A DNA stretch of 64,000 nt from an uncultured delta proteobacterium (GTDB lineage Bacteria > Desulfobacterota > Binatia > Binatales > Binataceae). Below the pieces are notes generated by a model. It had not been told where the DNA came from. It searched no databases and worked only from the letters and a program-made list of their open reading frames with translations. The stretch covers positions 224,001-288,000 of the forward strand of contig CAVQEQ010000001.1 in assembly GCA_963711565.1 (NCBI GenBank), read 5' to 3'. Shown piece by piece: positions 50,943 through 60,077 of the stretch. The translations under genes were made by a program, and so were the position numbers. Within the stretch, counting starts at the first letter, position 1, and the number at the start of each line of letters is the position of its first letter.

Positions 50943-53690
50943 CTACACGTCCTTGAACGCCGCCTTCTTCCCCGACGACTCGATCGCCGCCTGCGCTGCC
51001 GCGAGCCGCGCGACCGGAATCCGGTACGGCGAGCACGACACATAATCGAGTCCCAGCCGATGGCACAACTTGACGCTCGACGGATCCCCGCCATGCTCGC
51101 CGCAAATCCCGATCTTCAATTTCTTGTTCGACTTGCGCCCGCGCTCAATCCCGATTCGCATCAGCTCGCCAACTCCGACCGGGTCGAGTTCCGCGAACGG
51201 GTCCTTCTTATAAACGCCGGTGCGAATGTAGTCCGGCAGAAATTTCCCCGAGTCATCGCGCGAGATCCCGTACGTCATCTGCGTCAGATCGTTGGTCCCG
51301 AATGAAAAGAATTCCGCGACCGCACCGATCTGATCCGCCACCACGCATGCGCGCGGCACTTCGATCATCGTGCCGATCGTATACGCGACCTTGATGCCGC
51401 GTTCCTTGAATACCGCGTCCGCCACCTCGCGAATCTGCGCCGCCAGGATGTCGAATTCGCGCCGCTCGCCGATCAGCGGCAGCATTATTTCCGGCATCGC
51501 CTTGACGCCTTGCTTGCGCAGCTCGCACGCCGCCTCGATAATCGCGCGCGCCTGCGCCTGGTAAATTTCGGGGAAGCTGATTCCCAGCCGCGACCCGCGA
51601 TGCCCCAGCATCGGATTCACCTCGAACAGGCTCTCGCGCACCTGCTTCAGATGCTCGAGCGTGGTGCCGATTTTCCCCGCCAGCTCGCGCAGCTCGTTGT
51701 CCGCATGCGGGATAAATTCGTGCAGCGGCGGATCGAGCAACCGAATCGTGACCGGCAGCCCGGCCATTGCTTTCAGGATCCCGACAAAGTCCTCGCGCTG
51801 CATCGGCAGGATCTTCGCCAGCGCGCGCCCGCGCTGCTGCGGGTTCTCTGCCATGATCATTTCGCGCACCGCCGAGATTCGCTCGGGATCGAAAAACATG
51901 TGCTCCGTCCGGCACAGCCCGATTCCTTCGGCGCCGAAGTCGCGCGCGATTTTCGCGTCGTCGGGAGTATCGGCGTTCGCGCGCACCCCAAGCCTGCGCA
52001 CATCGTCCGCCCACGACAGAAATTTTTTGAAGTACGACGGCATCTCCGGCTCGACCGTCGGCACGCGTCCCTCGATCACTTCGCCCGCCGATCCGTCGAG
52101 CGTGAGGTACTCGCCGCGGCGCACGACCGCGCCATTCGCCGACAGCGTGCCAGCGCCATAATCGATCTCCAGCGCCGACACACCAGCCACGCACGACTTG
52201 CCCATCCCGCGCGCCACTACCGCCGCATGACTCGTCATCCCGCCGCGCGCGGTGAGAATTCCCTCGGCCACCTGCATCCCGTGAATATCTTCCGGCAACG
52301 TCTCGAGCCGCACCAAAATTACTTTGCGCCCCGCTTCCGCGACCGCCACTGCTTCGTCCGCCGAGAACACCACTTCGCCGTTGACCGCACCCGGCGACGC
52401 CGGCAGTCCGCGCGCGATGACGTGCTTCTTGCTCGAAGGGTCAAGCCGCGGATGCAAAAACTGCTCGAGCTGCTCCGGTTCCACGCGCTTCAGCGCCGTC
52501 TTGCGATCGATCAGCTTCTCGTCCGCCATATCCACCGCGATTCGCACCGCGGCCTGCGCGGTCCGCTTGCCGTTGCGCGTCTGCAGCATGAACAGGCGAT
52601 TGCGCTCGATCGTAAATTCCATGTCCTGCGTGTCGCGAAAATGCTTTTCGAGCCGCGCCGCGATTTTCAGGAATTGTTTGTAAACGTCGGGGAAGCTTTC
52701 CTCGAGCGTCGAGTACTGCGCGACGCGCTCAGCCTCGGTGATCCCCTGCCGCGCTGCCCACGCGCGCCCCGCCTTCAGACTGATCTGCCGCCCGGTGCGG
52801 GTCCCCGCGACAACGTCCTCGCCCTGTGCGTTCGGCAGAAACTCGCCGTAGATTCCTTTTTCACCGGTGCCGGGATCGCGCGTGAACGCGACGCCAGTGG
52901 CGCAATCGTCGCCAAGATTTCCGAACACCATCGATTGCACCGTGACCGCGGTGCCCCAGTCGCCCGGAATATTGTTGAAGCGCCGATACGCGATCGCGCG
53001 ATCGTTATGCCACGAGTCGAACACCGCACCGATCGCCATCCACAGTTGCTCGCGCGGGTCCTGCGGGATGTCACTGCCGACGCGCGATCGAATCAGTGCG
53101 CGGAACTCGCTCACCAGTTCGCGCAAATCCTCGACGTTCAGGTCAGTGTCATTCTTGACGCCGCGCGCCGCTTTCTTGTGATCGATAATTTCCTCGAACG
53201 GATCCGGATCGTTCTTGTTCTCCGGCTTCAGCTTGAGCACAACGTCGCCGAACATTTGGCAGAAGCGCCGGTACGAGTCCCACGCAAAGCGCGCGTTGCC
53301 GCTTATCGTTTCGAGCCCCTTCACCGTCTCGTCGGTGAGCCCGAGGTTCAGCACCGTGTCCATCATCCCCGGCATCGAAACGCGCGCGCCCGATCGCACC
53401 GACACCAGCAGCGGATTCTTGGCGTCGCCGAACTTGCGCCCGAGCGCCTTCTCGATTCGCGCGACGCTCTTCGCGACACCCTCGGTCAGGCCCTTCGGAT
53501 ATTTGTGCCCGTGATCGTAAAAGTAATTGCAGACCTGCGTCGAGATCGTGAATCCCGGCGGCACCGGCAGCTTGAGCCGCGCCATCTCCGCCAGGTTCGC
53601 GCCCTTGCCGCCCAGCAGGTTGCGCATCTCCGCGCGTCCTTCCGCCACGCCCGCGCCGAAAAAATAAATCTCAGGATGAATCCGAGCCAT
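50943..53690 (-). CDS. ppdK: Pyruvate phosphate dikinase
   Basis: LLGGKGANL, SVRSGARVSMPGMMDT, GGMTSHAAVVARG, GLCRTEHMF, FGTNDL, CGEHGG. Confidence 0.97.
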   Translation of the reverse strand: MARIHPEIYFFGAGVAEGRAEMRNLLGGKGANLAEMARLKLPVPPGFTISTQVCNYFYDHGHKYPKGLTEGVAKSVARIEKALGRKFGDAKNPLLVSVRSGARVSMPGMMDTVLNLGLTDETVKGLETISGNARFAWDSYRRFCQMFGDVVLKLKPENKNDPDPFEEIIDHKKAARGVKNDTDLNVEDLRELVSEFRALIRSRVGSDIPQDPREQLWMAIGAVFDSWHNDRAIAYRRFNNIPGDWGTAVTVQSMVFGNLGDDCATGVAFTRDPGTGEKGIYGEFLPNAQGEDVVAGTRTGRQISLKAGRAWAARQGITEAERVAQYSTLEESFPDVYKQFLKIAARLEKHFRDTQDMEFTIERNRLFMLQTRNGKRTAQAAVRIAVDMADEKLIDRKTALKRVEPEQLEQFLHPRLDPSSKKHVIARGLPASPGAVNGEVVFSADEAVAVAEAGRKVILVRLETLPEDIHGMQVAEGILTARGGMTSHAAVVARGMGKSCVAGVSALEIDYGAGTLSANGAVVRRGEYLTLDGSAGEVIEGRVPTVEPEMPSYFKKFLSWADDVRRLGVRANADTPDDAKIARDFGAEGIGLCRTEHMFFDPERISAVREMIMAENPQQRGRALAKILPMQREDFVGILKAMAGLPVTIRLLDPPLHEFIPHADNELRELAGKIGTTLEHLKQVRESLFEVNPMLGHRGSRLGISFPEIYQAQARAIIEAACELRKQGVKAMPEIMLPLIGERREFDILAAQIREVADAVFKERGIKVAYTIGTMIEVPRACVVADQIGAVAEFFSFGTNDLTQMTYGISRDDSGKFLPDYIRTGVYKKDPFAELDPVGVGELMRIGIERGRKSNKKLKIGICGEHGGDPSSVKLCHRLGLDYVSCSPYRIPVARLAAAQAAIESSGKKAAFKDV

Positions 53691-53744
53691 GTCTAATCGT
53701 TGCTCCCTCGCCGCATCGAAACCGTGCGGAGACAATTTTTGATT

Positions 53745-55091
53745 TTAGCGCGTCCAGCCGATTCGATCCGCGATCACTTCGACCAGCCGCGCGCTTGACA
53801 CCCGCTCCTGCGTCATCGCGTCGCGATCGCGGATTGTCACCGTGTCGTCTTCCATCGTCTGATGATCGATCGTCACGCCGTACGGCGTCCCGACTTCATC
53901 CTGACGCCGATAGCGCCGGCCGATCGATCCCGCCTGATCGTAGGCGACCGTGAAATGCCGCTTCAGCGCGTCGCGAATCGCGATCGCTTTCTCAGGTTGT
54001 CCGGCCTTCCGCAGCAGCGGGTAGACCGCGACCTTGATCGGCGCGAGCCGCGGATCGAGCCGCAACACGATTCGCTCCTCGTTCTCGACCACGTCCTCGT
54101 CGTACGCGTCGAGCATGAACGCGAGCATCGCGCGATCGACGCCCAGCGCCAGCTCGATCACCCACGGCCGAAAGCGCGACTTGGTGTCCTCGTCGAAGTA
54201 CGTAAGATCCTTGCCGCTGAACTTCGCGTGCTGATCGAGATCGAAGCTGCCGCGCTTGGCGACGCCTTCGAGCTCGCCCCATCCGAACGGATAGAGGAAC
54301 TCGATGTCCGTTGTGCCGCTCGAATAATGCGACAACTCATCGGTCGCATGCTCACGCTTGCGCAGATGCTCGGCCTTGATTCCGAACTTGACGTGCCAGT
54401 TGAATCGAAAATCGACCCAGTAGCGATACCACTTCTCTTCTTCCTCGCGGTCGGGCCGCACGAAATACTCCATCTCCATCTGCTCGAACTCGCGCGTGCG
54501 GAAAATGAAATTCTCAGTGGTGATTTCGTTGCGGAACGATTTGCCCTGCTGCGCGACGCCGAACGGCAGCTTGACCCGCTGCGTATCGACGACGTTCTCG
54601 AAATTCGAAAAAATTCCCTGCGCCGTCTCCGGCCGCAGATAGACCACCGCCGCGGTCTCTTCGACCGGGCCCATGAAGGTCTTGAACATCAGGTTGAAAT
54701 TGCGCGCCGGCGTCAGCTCGCCGCCGCACTCGGGACATTTGTCGCCCTGGATATGATCGGCGCGAAAACGATTCTTGCACTCTTTGCAATCGACCAGCGG
54801 GTCGGTGAAATTCTGCAGATGCCCCGACGCTTCCCACGTGCGCGGATGCTGAAATATTGCCGAGTCCAGCCCCAGCACATCACTGCGGTACTGCACCATC
54901 TCGCGCCACCACGCCTCTTTGACGTTGCGCTTGAGCTCGACGCCGAGCGGGCCGTAGTCGAAGGTGGAGCCGAGTCCCCCGTAAATATCGCTCGTCGGAA
55001 AAACAATTCCGCGGCGCTTGCACAGGTTCACAATTTTTTCCATCGTGACCGCGCTTTTGGTCGCGGGCACTGCATTTTCGGCGGACAACAA
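53745..55091 (-). CDS. glyQS: Glycine--tRNA ligase, alpha2 type (start may be ATG 55043)
   Basis: DYGPLG, LRPETAQG, GKSFRNEI, FRTREFEQME, SIGRRYRRQDE. Confidence 0.96.
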   Translation of the reverse strand: MLSAENAVPATKSAVTMEKIVNLCKRRGIVFPTSDIYGGLGSTFDYGPLGVELKRNVKEAWWREMVQYRSDVLGLDSAIFQHPRTWEASGHLQNFTDPLVDCKECKNRFRADHIQGDKCPECGGELTPARNFNLMFKTFMGPVEETAAVVYLRPETAQGIFSNFENVVDTQRVKLPFGVAQQGKSFRNEITTENFIFRTREFEQMEMEYFVRPDREEEEKWYRYWVDFRFNWHVKFGIKAEHLRKREHATDELSHYSSGTTDIEFLYPFGWGELEGVAKRGSFDLDQHAKFSGKDLTYFDEDTKSRFRPWVIELALGVDRAMLAFMLDAYDEDVVENEERIVLRLDPRLAPIKVAVYPLLRKAGQPEKAIAIRDALKRHFTVAYDQAGSIGRRYRRQDEVGTPYGVTIDHQTMEDDTVTIRDRDAMTQERVSSARLVEVIADRIGWTR

Positions 55092-55121
55092 TTCCTCCTG
55101 GATCGTTCGTGACAGCCGGCC

Positions 55122-55661
55122 TCAAGCCAGGCTGATTATTTCGGCGGAAACTTCGCCGCCGTCTCCAATTTCCAGTATCGCGACCGTTCCCGGCACTCCG
55201 ACGAGATTCCGCGGCAGCGTCGCGCTCCCCGGATTGACGACCATCGTCGCGCCGAACCGCGTCACGCCTTCGACGTGGCTATGCCCCTGCACGACCACGT
55301 CCACCGGCCCGCCGAATTGCGTATTCATCGCGCGCGCGAACACTTCCTCCGAGGTCTCGTCCGGCGTCGGAATCGCATGCACCAGCCCGATTCGCACGCC
55401 CGCTATCTCGACCAGATGCGCCTCGCGTACGCGCTCGTCGCCCTGGTCGAGCCGATAGCGATGCCCATCCAAGCCCTCGTCGCCATTCCCCAACGCCGCG
55501 ATCACCGGCGCAATCGCCGACAGCTCGTCGAGCACCCGGTTCACGTAAACGTCGCCCGCATGCATGACGAGATCGATCCCGGCGAACACCTCGAACACTT
55601 TCTCGGGAAGATGCTCGCAGGCTTCTGGAATATGAGTGTCAGAGATCAGACCGATTCGCAT
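55122..55661 (-). CDS. YfcE-family metallophosphoesterase
   Basis: SDTH, HAGD, GNGD, GHSH, NPGS. Confidence 0.9.
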   Translation of the reverse strand: MRIGLISDTHIPEACEHLPEKVFEVFAGIDLVMHAGDVYVNRVLDELSAIAPVIAALGNGDEGLDGHRYRLDQGDERVREAHLVEIAGVRIGLVHAIPTPDETSEEVFARAMNTQFGGPVDVVVQGHSHVEGVTRFGATMVVNPGSATLPRNLVGVPGTVAILEIGDGGEVSAEIISLA

Positions 55662-55803
55662 TACGATCGCTCCGGGCGCTCACGCCCGCCGAGCGCGAAC
55701 CGTGAAGCCTATCACGGCCCCGAATCCCCCGCAATTTTGGTTCGTAGGACGGAATTTATGGCAGTGGGTCGGTTAGAATTTGGCGGGTCGTCCGCCCATA
55801 ACC

Positions 55804-56376
55804 TTAGTTGCGGTCATTTCGCTGAGTCTGGCGGGAATGGCGGGCGTCCATGACCTGGTTGCACTTTTCCAAAATCTCATCCACGACGCGTTCAATCGGC
55901 GCAGTGGCGTCAATGCTCATCGCATTCTTCGGAACATCCTCTTTCGTTGCATACAATCGCGCAATGAGTTCGCGTTCCTCTGGTTTTCCGCCGAAGTCAG
56001 TTGGGTCCAGTGCCACTCGCTCATCAATCCGCCGGTTCATGGTGTCCAGGTCAACCTCCAGGACAAACACGCCGTCAAATATGTCGATGAATTTGGCAAA
56101 ATTCCTCGAGCTACCGCAGAAAAAGGTGATTGCCTCCTCCATGTTGGCGACGAAGTCTTGTACTTTCTCTACATCCCAAATCTGGTGCTCGGACATCCAG
56201 GTGGCCGTCGGTGTACTCGCTTCCGGAGCCGTCGGTAGACCCGTTTCCGGATCACCTCGATAGACCAATTCCCGGTCACCATGAACGGCTTGGTAGCCGC
56301 GCCGCTGCAATTCTGTGCAGACCGCCGTTTTGCCGGCGCCGGAAACGCCTTCGATCAAATAGTTTCTGATGCCCAT
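55804..56376 (-). CDS. P-loop nucleoside/nucleotide kinase-like protein
   Basis: YLIEGVSGAGKT, FFCGSSRN, IDATAP. Confidence 0.82.
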   Translation of the reverse strand: MGIRNYLIEGVSGAGKTAVCTELQRRGYQAVHGDRELVYRGDPETGLPTAPEASTPTATWMSEHQIWDVEKVQDFVANMEEAITFFCGSSRNFAKFIDIFDGVFVLEVDLDTMNRRIDERVALDPTDFGGKPEERELIARLYATKEDVPKNAMSIDATAPIERVVDEILEKCNQVMDARHSRQTQRNDRN

Positions 56377-56453
56377 CCTATTTTCTCAAACTGATCCACT
56401 ACCGAATTCTTATTCCGTCAGGCCGCAGATGCGCGAAAGCATCGCCCCGGAGT

Positions 56454-56981
56454 TCAGCCCGATCTCTCGAATTCTTCTCTCCCGATTCTCATCATGTGAT
56501 GCGCTTCCGTCTCGCCGGGATTCGTCACAGTCTTGAAAAACCTGAATCCGGCTTTTTCGTACGCTCGAATCGCGCCGCGATTCGCAACTGAGGGATCGAT
56601 GACGCAACTCTCGACCGCCGGATCGGTGAAAACAACGTCCTTCAGAAACTGCCGAATGATAGGAGCGCCCAAACCACGATGGTAAAACCCGACCTCGCCG
56701 ATAAACAAATCGATACCAACGGCCCGCTCTGCGTCCGCGGTTTCCCGCGAGTATTCAGATCCGGCAACTGGATACTCCTGGATATATCCGATCGGCCCGT
56801 CGTCCTTAACGATGACGAAGCATCGCACGTCTTCCTTGCCGTCGATTCGCGGCGCGTACTTCGCCGCTATCTCGTCGAGGCCGAGCGCTTCGTCGGACCA
56901 CCATTCGACGACGTGCGCAGCGTTCAGCCATCGATGCATCAGCGGCATATCGCCGCGCTCAAGAGCTCGAAAACTAATCAT
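56454..56981 (-). CDS. GNAT acetyltransferase, AAC(6')-Ib/siderophore acyltransferase-like
   Basis: WLNAAHVVEWW, GYIQ, GIDLFIGE, DPSVAN..AIRAYEKAGF. Confidence 0.85.
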   Translation of the reverse strand: MISFRALERGDMPLMHRWLNAAHVVEWWSDEALGLDEIAAKYAPRIDGKEDVRCFVIVKDDGPIGYIQEYPVAGSEYSRETADAERAVGIDLFIGEVGFYHRGLGAPIIRQFLKDVVFTDPAVESCVIDPSVANRGAIRAYEKAGFRFFKTVTNPGETEAHHMMRIGREEFERSG

Positions 56982-57094
56982 CGGCGAATCCTCAATTACA
57001 AAGTACTCAGGAATTCGCAGTCGACAACTATCTACCAAAGATGTGGCCGTTTTCGCGAAGCTCGTGCTACAAGTCTGGGCGAGGAGAACTCTTG

Positions 57095-57427
57095 ATGCGA
57101 ATCTCGACGGTCGTCATCTGCGCGTTTGTGATCGGAGGCGCGCTTGCGCTCGCCGGATGCGGTCACAAGCTGGTCGCGCACAACGGCGATACCACCGTCT
57201 CCGTCTATCCCGACGAGAACACCTTCACCAAACTCGCCAATTTGAAAAGCCAGGGCGGCGTCGGCGGCATGATCGGCGGCCTCGGCACTGGACTCGCCGC
57301 CAAGCAGGTCAACAACAACACTCCCGTGCGAATCATCAACAGCGACGATCGGGGCTCGCAGGTCGAAGTCCTCGACGGCGCGTTCAAAGGCCTCCAGGGC
57401 TTCGTCCCCAAAGACAACGTGAACTGA
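57095..57427 (+). CDS. Hypothetical lipoprotein
   Basis: GAGGAG RBS, LAGC lipobox, SH3-like C-terminus VEVLDG...GFV. Confidence 0.8.
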   Translation: MRISTVVICAFVIGGALALAGCGHKLVAHNGDTTVSVYPDENTFTKLANLKSQGGVGGMIGGLGTGLAAKQVNNNTPVRIINSDDRGSQVEVLDGAFKGLQGFVPKDNVN

Positions 57428-57465
57428 AGCCGGCGTTTCGCGTTTCGTTCTCCTGAACAAAAGTA

Positions 57466-57481
57466 CGTTTCACGTGAAACG
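57466..57481. promoter_or_regulatory. parS: parS site
   Basis: Perfect 16-bp palindrome CGTTTCACGTGAAACG matching the parS consensus. Confidence 0.85.
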
Positions 57482-57566
57482 CTTTCGCTTTATATCGCAA
57501 TAAACACGCGCTGTATTTTCGAAAACAGGCGAAACCCCGACGCCATTCGCCACTTTATCCTAACAC

Positions 57567-57621
57567 TGGGCGCAGGGGTCACCCCTGCCCAAGGAAGCGT
57601 GAAACCCACGGCGGGTTTCAC
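57567..57621 (+). repeat. Double-hairpin intergenic repeat, family A (copy 3)
   Basis: TGGGCGCAGGGGTCACCCCTGCCCAAGGAAGCGTGAAACCCACGGCGGGTTTCAC; 3 differences from 33277 copy. Confidence 0.9.
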
Positions 57622-57683
57622 ATTCAATTAAGTGATCTGCCCTTCCCAACTACCCCGGACTCGAACCGATCACCGCAGCATCG

Positions 57684-58184
57684 TCAGCGCGATCCGCGGT
57701 CGAGCGCCTCGATCATTTGCCGGTAGTTCCGCTCCGCCAGCGGCATGTGCACGACTTCGAACTTCAGGCGATCGGGCCCGAGAAAATAGAAAGCGTAGTA
57801 GCCGCCCGGCCCGAACGGGAACTCGCCGGGACCGTCGAGAATCTCCGCGCCGAGCGAACGAACCAGCTCGAACAATTCATCAACCTGCTCGCGTCGTTGA
57901 ACGTTGAACGCCAGGTGATGCAGCCCGGGCTCATAGACCTCGAACGGATGCTCCGTCTTCGCCTGCCAGATGTTGAACGCGGTCCCGTTGGACTCGTTGA
58001 TATTGACCACAAGACGGCCGCCGGTCCGTGTATCGTCAAAAATTCCACCGACGGTGTAGCCGAGGGATTTCAGCATCGGGCCGAAGAATCTCATCGCCTC
58101 CGGCAAATCGCTGACGGTGATCGAAACGTGATTGATCGAACCATGAAGATCGGGTTTCGGGACTGACGGCTTGGGTTCCGGCAT
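57684..58184 (-). CDS. VOC/glyoxalase family protein
   Basis: INHVSITVSD, GLHHLAF, YYAFYFLGPDRLKFEVV. Confidence 0.9.
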   Translation of the reverse strand: MPEPKPSVPKPDLHGSINHVSITVSDLPEAMRFFGPMLKSLGYTVGGIFDDTRTGGRLVVNINESNGTAFNIWQAKTEHPFEVYEPGLHHLAFNVQRREQVDELFELVRSLGAEILDGPGEFPFGPGGYYAFYFLGPDRLKFEVVHMPLAERNYRQMIEALDRGSR

Positions 58185-58224
58185 CGCTCGAATTCAGCGC
58201 ATCGCGGCGCGCGCTGTCAAACGG

Positions 58225-58848
58225 CTAGACCTTCGGCACTTCCATGCCCTTCTTCACGGCGGGGCGCGCACCGACGGCGGCAATCCATCGCGCGACGTTC
58301 GCGCTCTCGCCAACCACGTCGGGTTTGACGGCTTTGATCGCGGGGAAGCCGACGACGAGCCACGGGTAGGTCGCGATATCCGCGATCGAGTAGTGGCCCG
58401 CCATGTACTCGCTCTTCGCCAGCTGACCGTCGAGTACCTTCATTAGCCGAGCGCACTCGTTCGCGTAGCGATCGATCGCGTATTGGATCTTTTCGGGCGC
58501 CGCGTTGACGAAATGACCGGCCTGTCCGAACATCGGGCCGACATTTGCCATCTGCCAGAAGAGCCATTCGAGCACCTTCGCGCGCCCGGGATTTTTCGCG
58601 GGGAAGAACTCGCCGGTCTTCTCGGCGAGATGCACGAGTATCGCGCCCGACTCGAAGAGCGAGACGCCGGCGTCGTGATCGACGATTGCGGGAATCTTGC
58701 TGTTCGGACAAATCTTCACGTACTCCGGTTTGAACTGATCGCCATTGCGGATGTTGATCGGATGCACGGAGTACTCGAGGCCGCACTCCTCGAGCATGAT
58801 TGCGGGTTTGCGTCCGTTGGGCGTCGTCCAGGTGTAGAGATCGATCAT
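58225..58848 (-). CDS. Glutathione S-transferase, YfcG/Ure2-like
   Basis: TPNG, KIPAI, FESGAI, YSIADIA. Confidence 0.93.
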   Translation of the reverse strand: MIDLYTWTTPNGRKPAIMLEECGLEYSVHPINIRNGDQFKPEYVKICPNSKIPAIVDHDAGVSLFESGAILVHLAEKTGEFFPAKNPGRAKVLEWLFWQMANVGPMFGQAGHFVNAAPEKIQYAIDRYANECARLMKVLDGQLAKSEYMAGHYSIADIATYPWLVVGFPAIKAVKPDVVGESANVARWIAAVGARPAVKKGMEVPKV

Positions 58849-58863
58849 CGTAGTACTTCCTTC

Positions 58864-59100
58864 CTAGGCTCTAGTGGTCGCCGCAAATTCGCGGACATCG
58901 ACTTGCACTCCCGCCCGGAGTGCCTCGTCGGCGGTCCCCAGAAGCTGGCGGGTAATGTCTTCATCGACGTAGGCCTCGCCACAATTCTCGCAGATTTGTG
59001 CGGGAACGCTTTTGACTACCAGCGTCACGCCGCTGCGCTCGAGCGTCACTGTGGTTTTGCCGGGCCGGGTTTCGCCGTGCTTACAGATCACGCACTTCAT
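58864..59100 (-). CDS. YgiT-type zinc-finger protein (MqsA N-domain family)
   Basis: MKCVICKHG...VPAQICENCGEAY. Confidence 0.88.
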   Translation of the reverse strand: MKCVICKHGETRPGKTTVTLERSGVTLVVKSVPAQICENCGEAYVDEDITRQLLGTADEALRAGVQVDVREFAATTRA

Positions 59101-59121
59101 TGCGCCTTTCTCCAATCGCAG

Positions 59122-59331
59122 CTATTCAAGATCGCCTTCCTTCAGCCCCGCTAGCTTAGTTAAATGTGCAAGCAGACCCAGTTTGAGAGGTTGATTCCTA
59201 TGGATGGGAATTGAGAGCCTCACCGTACTACCTTGATTTCCGTAGATGTGATGACTCCCACTAACGCGAAGTAGGTGCCACCCGTGGCGCTCCACCACCT
59301 TAGCGAACGCCTTGCCGGAAAGGACCTTCAC
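59122..59331 (-). CDS. hicA: HicA-family toxin
   Basis: GW..LRVSGSHHIY, IPIH...LKLG. Confidence 0.88.
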   Translation of the reverse strand: MKVLSGKAFAKVVERHGWHLLRVSGSHHIYGNQGSTVRLSIPIHRNQPLKLGLLAHLTKLAGLKEGDLE

Positions 59332-59549
59332 TACGCGGCCTCCAAGATCTCGACCTCCTCAACCTCCTGATCTCTGCTGACCGCATTGGGCGAACTATCG
59401 TCTGCCGACAAGCAGCCCACGATCGCTTCGTAGATGTTTCTGAACAATTCCTTTTCTGTCTCGCCTTGGGTTGCACATCCAGGGATGGCCGGGACCTCTG
59501 CCCAAAATCCGCCTTCCTCTGCCTTGTGAACGATGACCTTGATCTTCAT
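59331..59549 (-). CDS. hicB: HicB-family antitoxin, short with no DNA-binding domain
   Basis: AEEGGFWAEVPAIPGCATQGET...EAI. Confidence 0.9.
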   Translation of the reverse strand: MKIKVIVHKAEEGGFWAEVPAIPGCATQGETEKELFRNIYEAIVGCLSADDSSPNAVSRDQEVEEVEILEAA

Positions 59550-59567
59550 AGAGCCTGACCTCGCTGT

Positions 59568-59900
59568 TTACAGATCGACCTCCAGACGGCCTAATTCGTC
59601 CAACGAGACGCTTTTGTGTTGGTTTAAGAACTCACGCAGAGGTTCCAACACACCGGAATCATCCACCCAAAGCTGAGTCACATATGTGCGCCCTTGATAC
59701 TCGATTTGAACCTCCATATGGTCGGGGAGCCCTCCGTAGCCATGAGTCCGGAAAATCGTTGCCCTCATGAGCGTTCCGCCGCCCACTGGCGGAGACGCCT
59801 TCGAACCATGTGAGTCATAAGCATCGCCAGGCGGTTGCGGCGGCCAACTCGGCGAGCCCATGTACTTCAGCTGTGGATGTTTGACCAGAAGATCCTTCAT
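59568..59900 (-). CDS. Hypothetical protein
   Basis: 110-aa ORF with AGGAGA RBS in a lower-GC patch. Confidence 0.65.
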   Translation of the reverse strand: MKDLLVKHPQLKYMGSPSWPPQPPGDAYDSHGSKASPPVGGGTLMRATIFRTHGYGGLPDHMEVQIEYQGRTYVTQLWVDDSGVLEPLREFLNQHKSVSLDELGRLEVDL

Positions 59901-60077
59901 GTCCTGTCTCCTAGCGGATCACCTTAGTCCTTCAATTCCGCCCATGACTATTCGTTCCTATCATACCATCTGATCTCAGCCCACCATATTTCTGGTGCGC
60001 TTCTGCGCTTGTCAGCGGGATGCGAGGCGCGATAACGATCGGTGTGCGCGCTCTGTCTGCTCACGAGGAGAAGTACC

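Noticed and set aside
51510-53696. Long antisense ORFs (this 728-aa one; also 599..1375, 24144..26366, 26921..28549, 28452..29942, 37119..38504, 53862..55112)
   Set aside because: Shadow frames of well-supported genes in high-GC DNA; no motifs.
55770-55803. attC-like site after the kinase gene
   Set aside because: GTT and AAC boxes are in the wrong order and no integrase is present; more likely a simple hairpin.
56454-56981. Aminoglycoside resistance gene
   Set aside because: Only fold-level similarity to AAC(6')-Ib; substrate cannot be assigned.
57481-57535. Extra LexA boxes (TCGC or CGAA pairs) near parS
   Set aside because: 10-bp rather than 11-bp period, and located between convergent genes.
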